Source: an uncultured Clostridia bacterium (GTDB taxonomy: Bacteria; Bacillota; Clostridia; Oscillospirales; CAG-272). Taken from it: a DNA stretch of 64,000 bases. The notes beneath the pieces are model-generated. The model saw nothing but the letters and a program-made list of their open reading frames with translations, did no database searches and was not told where the DNA came from. Location of the stretch: positions 61,413 to 125,412 of the forward strand of contig CANRFY010000003.1 in assembly GCA_947630015.1 (NCBI GenBank). Direction: 5' to 3'. Positions 59,889 to 64,000 of this stretch are shown piece by piece. Both the position numbers and the translations under genes were made by a program. Numbering within the stretch: the first letter of the stretch is position 1; each line of letters starts with the position of its first letter.

Positions 59889-59916
59889 GCGGGGGAGCGG
59901 CGCGCCGCTCCCCCGC
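59889..59916. repeat. Perfect 28-bp zero-spacer palindrome
   Basis: GCGGGGGAGCGGCG|CGCCGCTCCCCCGC, just after the GH2 stop. Confidence 0.88.
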
Positions 59917-59922
59917 GGTTTG

Positions 59923-62217
59923 TTATTTGAATCTGACGTTTATGGCGGCGTCGCCTCCGCGAGAATGAAGCGCGACGGATGCGTCGGAGCCGCGCTCGCC
60001 GCGCACGTAGATTATCATACGTCCGCGATAGAAGCGGCGGTGAGATTCGCCGTAGCTCGTCGTATCTGCGATATCGCCGTTTTCGATGCCGAGCAGCTCG
60101 CCGCCGTCGACCTTGACCTTGACGTCGGCGCGCGACTCGAATCCGCCCTCGGCGACTCTGCCGTTTTCATCGAGCAGCGAAAGCTCTATCTGCGCGACGC
60201 TGTCGGCGACATTGTATGCGCCGTCGTCCTCAACCGCGCCCCATACGTTCACGCCGAGCGATACGGGCGCGCCGTATTTCGGCTCCAAAATCTCGACAGT
60301 CTCGCCGTCCGCGCCCGTCACGACGGCCTTGTATTCGGCGTTCAGCCTGCAATTCGATATATCCCAGCGGCACGCGTAATGCTCCGGCAAAGCGACGCCG
60401 AGCGATTCGCCGTCGGCGAACAGCTCCGCCGATTTGCCGTTCGTGAAGAGCATCGCGGACGGCGGGAAAGATTCGCCTCCGCGCCCTCTGTGTCCGTCTT
60501 TCGATACGCGCAGATAACCCTGCAGCACGTCGGGACGCCACATCGCGCGGCGCTGGCGGTAGCGATCAGTTTCAAATCCGGCAAGATCGAGCAGACCCGC
60601 GCCGAAGCAGCGGATCGGCCATCCCTGAGCCTCGCCGAGATAATCGACGCCCGTCCAGAGGAACTGGCCGCATATGTAATCGTTGTCGCGCACATATTCC
60701 CATTCGCGCGCGCCGTGGCCGTTTTCGCTGCCGTAAATGAACGCGTTCGGGAATTCGCGGTGGTGATCGGCGTAGAATTTTTCTTTATAGTTATATCCTG
60801 CGACGTCGAGCGCCTGCATATAGCCGATGCGGACCGACATCTCTGGATACGCGAGCGCCGCCGTGACGGGACGCGTCGTGTCGATCTCCTTGACCCAGCC
60901 GGAGAGCCGCTTCGCGATCTCGGCGAGACGCTTTGCCTGCGGACGGTTCGGATCGTATTTGCGCTCCTCCTCCGTCTTGCCCTCGTCGTTGTTGCCCGTC
61001 ATCATCTCAAATCCGTCGTAGACGTAGGGATCGTTCGGGTAATCGACCTCGTTTCCGACCGACCACATTATGATCGACGGATGATTGCGGTCGCGGAGGA
61101 CCATCGTCTTAAGATCGCATTCGCCCCATTCGATGAAATCCTCGTAGTAGCCGTTGAGCTTGGGCGGCTGCACGTTATGGCCGTGCCACCACTTGTTCTT
61201 CGGCGCTTCCCACTCGTCAAACGCCTCGTCCATGACGAAGAATCCCATCTCGTCGCACAGATCGAGCAGCGCCGGATCGGGCGGATTGTGCGAGGTGCGG
61301 ACGGCGTTGCAGCCGCATTCCTTCAGCTTGGAAAGGCGCCGCCGCCATACTTCCTTCGGGACTGCCGCGCCGAGCGTGCCGCCGTCATGATGCAGGCACA
61401 CGCCGCGCAGCTTTTTCGATTCGCCGTTGACGAAAAATCCGCGATCGGGATCGAATGTGAGCGAACGGATGCCGAAGCGCGTCTCGACGCTGTCGGTGAG
61501 TTCGCCGTCGACGCCGTAAACGTCGGTGCGGAGCGTGTAGAGCGACGGGGAATCGTCGCTCCAAAGCGCGGGCGCGAAAATTTCCATTTTGCCCGACGCG
61601 CCGAACGTCTCGGCGACAGATTCGCCGTCGGGACCGTATACGGTATGCTTGACGTCGCCGTCGCCGACGACGGCGGAGCTGACGCTGACGACGGCAGATT
61701 TATCCGTGATCTCGGGCGTCGTTACGCATATGCCGAAATCGTCGATATACGGTTCGCCCGTCACTATGACGTAGACGGGACGGACGATGCCGGAGCCGGT
61801 GAACCAGCGCGAATCAGCCGTTTCGGTGTGATTGACCTGCACGCTGATCTCGTTGTCGCCGTCCTCGGCGAGGAATTCGGTTATGTCATACGTGAACGTG
61901 CTGTAACCGAACGGACGCTTGCCGAGATAATTTGAATTGCACCAAACCTTCGAGTTGTTGTAGACGCCCTCGAATGTGACGCGGACGCGCTGTCCTTTCT
62001 GCGGCTTGCAGAAAAAGCGCGTGCGGTACCAGCCCTCGCCGCCGACGACGTAGCCCGTGCCGCTCGAATTCTGTGGCGCGAAGCCGCGCTTTATCGACCA
62101 GTCGTGAGGAACGCGGACGACCTCCCAGTCCGCGTCCTTGCCGCCGCGGTACCAGCCGTCGTCGACGTGACCGAGATGAAAGCGCCAATCCCGCAAAGAG
62201 ACGATATGTCTGCTCAT
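59923..62217 (-). CDS. GH2 glycoside hydrolase (beta-galactosidase-like)
   Basis: W..V.VPHDW, FEGVYNN, LRGVCLHHD.G.LGAA, RTSHNP, WSVGNE (acid/base), GSEN (nucleophile); ATG at 62217 with GGAG upstream. Confidence 0.9.
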   Translation of the reverse strand: MSRHIVSLRDWRFHLGHVDDGWYRGGKDADWEVVRVPHDWSIKRGFAPQNSSGTGYVVGGEGWYRTRFFCKPQKGQRVRVTFEGVYNNSKVWCNSNYLGKRPFGYSTFTYDITEFLAEDGDNEISVQVNHTETADSRWFTGSGIVRPVYVIVTGEPYIDDFGICVTTPEITDKSAVVSVSSAVVGDGDVKHTVYGPDGESVAETFGASGKMEIFAPALWSDDSPSLYTLRTDVYGVDGELTDSVETRFGIRSLTFDPDRGFFVNGESKKLRGVCLHHDGGTLGAAVPKEVWRRRLSKLKECGCNAVRTSHNPPDPALLDLCDEMGFFVMDEAFDEWEAPKNKWWHGHNVQPPKLNGYYEDFIEWGECDLKTMVLRDRNHPSIIMWSVGNEVDYPNDPYVYDGFEMMTGNNDEGKTEEERKYDPNRPQAKRLAEIAKRLSGWVKEIDTTRPVTAALAYPEMSVRIGYMQALDVAGYNYKEKFYADHHREFPNAFIYGSENGHGAREWEYVRDNDYICGQFLWTGVDYLGEAQGWPIRCFGAGLLDLAGFETDRYRQRRAMWRPDVLQGYLRVSKDGHRGRGGESFPPSAMLFTNGKSAELFADGESLGVALPEHYACRWDISNCRLNAEYKAVVTGADGETVEILEPKYGAPVSLGVNVWGAVEDDGAYNVADSVAQIELSLLDENGRVAEGGFESRADVKVKVDGGELLGIENGDIADTTSYGESHRRFYRGRMIIYVRGERGSDASVALHSRGGDAAINVRFK

Positions 62218-62279
62218 AAACGATACTCTCCTAAAAGCATAGCTGTTATGATATCGGATGCCCGTTGTCATCCAGTGTA

Positions 62280-62308
62280 ATCCTATCATACGCGTATGCA
62301 AAATGCAA
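62280..62308 (-). promoter_or_regulatory. SigA-type promoter of GH2 with a palindromic operator candidate in its spacer
   Basis: Minus strand TTGCAT-17 nt-TAGGAT with extended TG; CATACGCGTATG at 62287-62298. Confidence 0.6.
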
Positions 62309-62436
62309 GCGGAAAATCGACTGTTCGCACGCATTTTTTTCGGCAATCCTGAGTTTTTCCGCACCTATCGCTGAGGGAGCGGAGATCAATGCCTTCGCCG
62401 CCTTGCCGGCGGCCGCCCACAGACGTTTATTTCGGA

Positions 62437-62465
62437 TTGACAATCACGGAATTTAGTATTATAAT
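62437..62465 (+). promoter_or_regulatory. Consensus SigA promoter of the lipoprotein gene
   Basis: TTGACA-17 nt-TATAAT. Confidence 0.85.
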
Positions 62466-62530
62466 ATTACAGATTCATATACGTTCACGAATTATTTTAG
62501 CGATAATTTACTTTTCAAGGAGAAAATAAC

Positions 62531-64000
62531 GTGACAAAGAGTGTGAGCATAAGACTGATATCGTTATTCCTCGCCGTGCTGACGTTCTCGCTTCAGCTCG
62601 TCTCGTGCGGACGCAGGGGCGGCGCGGACGAAACGGCGGGCGCGGGCGGCGACGCCGGCGATCCTCCGCTCGTCGATACGGAGCCTGTCGTCGACGATGA
62701 CGCGGATAAACTGAGCGGCATCGTGATCCGCTCGGCGGAGGAGCTGGCAAAGGTCGGCTCCGGCGGCGATTATCCGCTCGACGGGGATTATTATCTCGTA
62801 GTCGATATCGATCTGTCCGGCGTAAACTGGACGCCGATCGGCGGCGCTGACGGCGTGAGCGGCGATTATACGGCCAAGGGGACGTTTACGGGTACGTTTG
62901 ACGGACGCGGCCACACGATTCGCGGCCTGACGATCGATCAGACGACGACGGTCGAAACGTACTGGGGACTGTTCGGTTCCGTCGGAAGCTCCAAGAACGA
63001 CGATCCCGCAGTCATAAGAAATATAGTTTTCGCAAACGTCGATATATCCGTCAGCACGTCGGGGAACTGGACGGGCGTCGGCACGCTCGCGGGGCAGGTC
63101 AACGGCTCCGCCGTCATAGAGTCGATCGCGATTTTGTCAGGCGCGGTTGTGAGCGTATCGCCCGACGCGATGAACATCGGCGTCGGCAGCCTCTACGGGC
63201 AGAGCCGCACGCAGGAGGGACTGCCGCTGACGAATCAATCGGTCAAGGTCAGGAATATATTCAGCGACGTTGACGTTTCGTCGATGAATTCCGGCATCGA
63301 TATGGGCGGCGGCGTCATAGGAAGAATCAGAGGCTCCTCGCTCGGAGAGCTGTCGAACGTCGTCTACACCGGCTCGGTCACATCCGAGGGCGGGGTGGGC
63401 GCGGCGATCGCCTCCGGCGATTCGGGCGCGGACGCCGGCGAGAACGTATATTTCATAATCGATAAAGGCGCCTCGCATAACGGCCTCGGAAAACCGCTCA
63501 CCGCCGACAGGATGGCGGGCGGAGCCGCCAAGCTTTCGGACGCGTGGACTGTAAGCTCCGATATGTATCCGCTGCCGACGTTCATGCTCTACAAGGGCTT
63601 CAACGTATTCGATATCGCGCCGGTCGTTTTCGCCGCCGGCGAAAACGAAAAATCGGTGAAATCGGATTTCACGCTGCCGGAGAGCGTATACGGCAAGACG
63701 ATCGCGTGGAGTTCAGACAATGAAGCCGTCGTCAAGATCACGGGCGCGAACGCGGATGTGACGCGTCCTGACGGCGGAGCCAAAAACGTCGTCATCACGG
63801 GAGACGTCGGTGTCGGGAAAACGACGCTGACCGTACACGTCGAGATGGCGGATCCCCCCGTGACGGAACCGACGCCGGAGAATCCGTCAGACACGAATAA
63901 GCCCGACACGCCGGCGCAGCCGACAGGCGAGCCTGATCCGTCCGGCAGCTTCCGCTTCATCACCGGATACGCAGAGGCCGGCAAGCCGATCGTACTCGGC
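62531..64000 (+). CDS. Large surface lipoprotein (GLUG-like/beta-helix region, Ig-like domain, Pro-rich linker); 3'-truncated and absent from the ORF track
   Basis: AAGGAG RBS and GTG start; MTKSVSIRLISLFLAVLTFSLQLVSC lipobox; WTPIGG...FTGTFDGRGHTIRGL...GLFG; TLPESVYGKTIAWSSDNEAVV; no stop before the window end. Confidence 0.8.
   Translation, partial: MTKSVSIRLISLFLAVLTFSLQLVSCGRRGGADETAGAGGDAGDPPLVDTEPVVDDDADKLSGIVIRSAEELAKVGSGGDYPLDGDYYLVVDIDLSGVNWTPIGGADGVSGDYTAKGTFTGTFDGRGHTIRGLTIDQTTTVETYWGLFGSVGSSKNDDPAVIRNIVFANVDISVSTSGNWTGVGTLAGQVNGSAVIESIAILSGAVVSVSPDAMNIGVGSLYGQSRTQEGLPLTNQSVKVRNIFSDVDVSSMNSGIDMGGGVIGRIRGSSLGELSNVVYTGSVTSEGGVGAAIASGDSGADAGENVYFIIDKGASHNGLGKPLTADRMAGGAAKLSDAWTVSSDMYPLPTFMLYKGFNVFDIAPVVFAAGENEKSVKSDFTLPESVYGKTIAWSSDNEAVVKITGANADVTRPDGGAKNVVITGDVGVGKTTLTVHVEMADPPVTEPTPENPSDTNKPDTPAQPTGEPDPSGSFRFITGYAEAGKPIVLG

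Noticed and set aside
62218-62364. N-terminal extension of GH2, and similar extensions for topA, glgB, ytfJ, ytfI and nadD
   Set aside because: They overlap promoters or upstream genes; a downstream ATG with an RBS matches the start of the family homology.

Overview
A 64-kb chromosomal window from a high-GC (about 60% by eye), probably spore-forming Clostridia-class Bacillota genome; the taxonomy is inferred from gene content (ytfI/ytfJ, dacB, DUF421/DUF4363, glgC/glgD, trmFO, plsX). Most of it is housekeeping: radical SAM pair TIGR03960/TIGR03936, metK, recD2-comF-mbl, a minus-strand lon...engB-S2P-scpAB-ytfIJ-dac-uxaC block, infC-rpmI-rplT, dprA-topA-trmFO-plsX-rnc-smc-ftsY-rdgB-yhbY-nadD-yqeK-LCP-rsfS-leuS, a glycogen cluster (glgB,C,D,A,P plus GH13) and sugar genes (GH29, GH2, FGGY kinase). 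I saw no rRNA, tRNA, CRISPR array, transposase or integrase. Two things stand out. (1) A single ORF between lon and engB fuses an ECF sigma factor to an SMI1/KNR4 (SUKH immunity-type) domain and about 9 WG repeats, with no transmembrane helix and an internal RBS at the sigma/SUKH junction; it is a candidate cytoplasmic toxin- or ligand-sensing ECF system. (2) A roughly 170-180 bp structured repeat occurs four times, starts 2-4 nt after a stop codon in all three full copies, and shows compensatory base changes. Smaller observations include a family of GCGGGG-armed intergenic palindromes, an apparently catalytically dead P-type-ATPase-like protein, a frameshifted PstS-like gene and a consensus internal promoter between glgC and glgD. 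All family assignments come from motif recognition by eye, not database searches.
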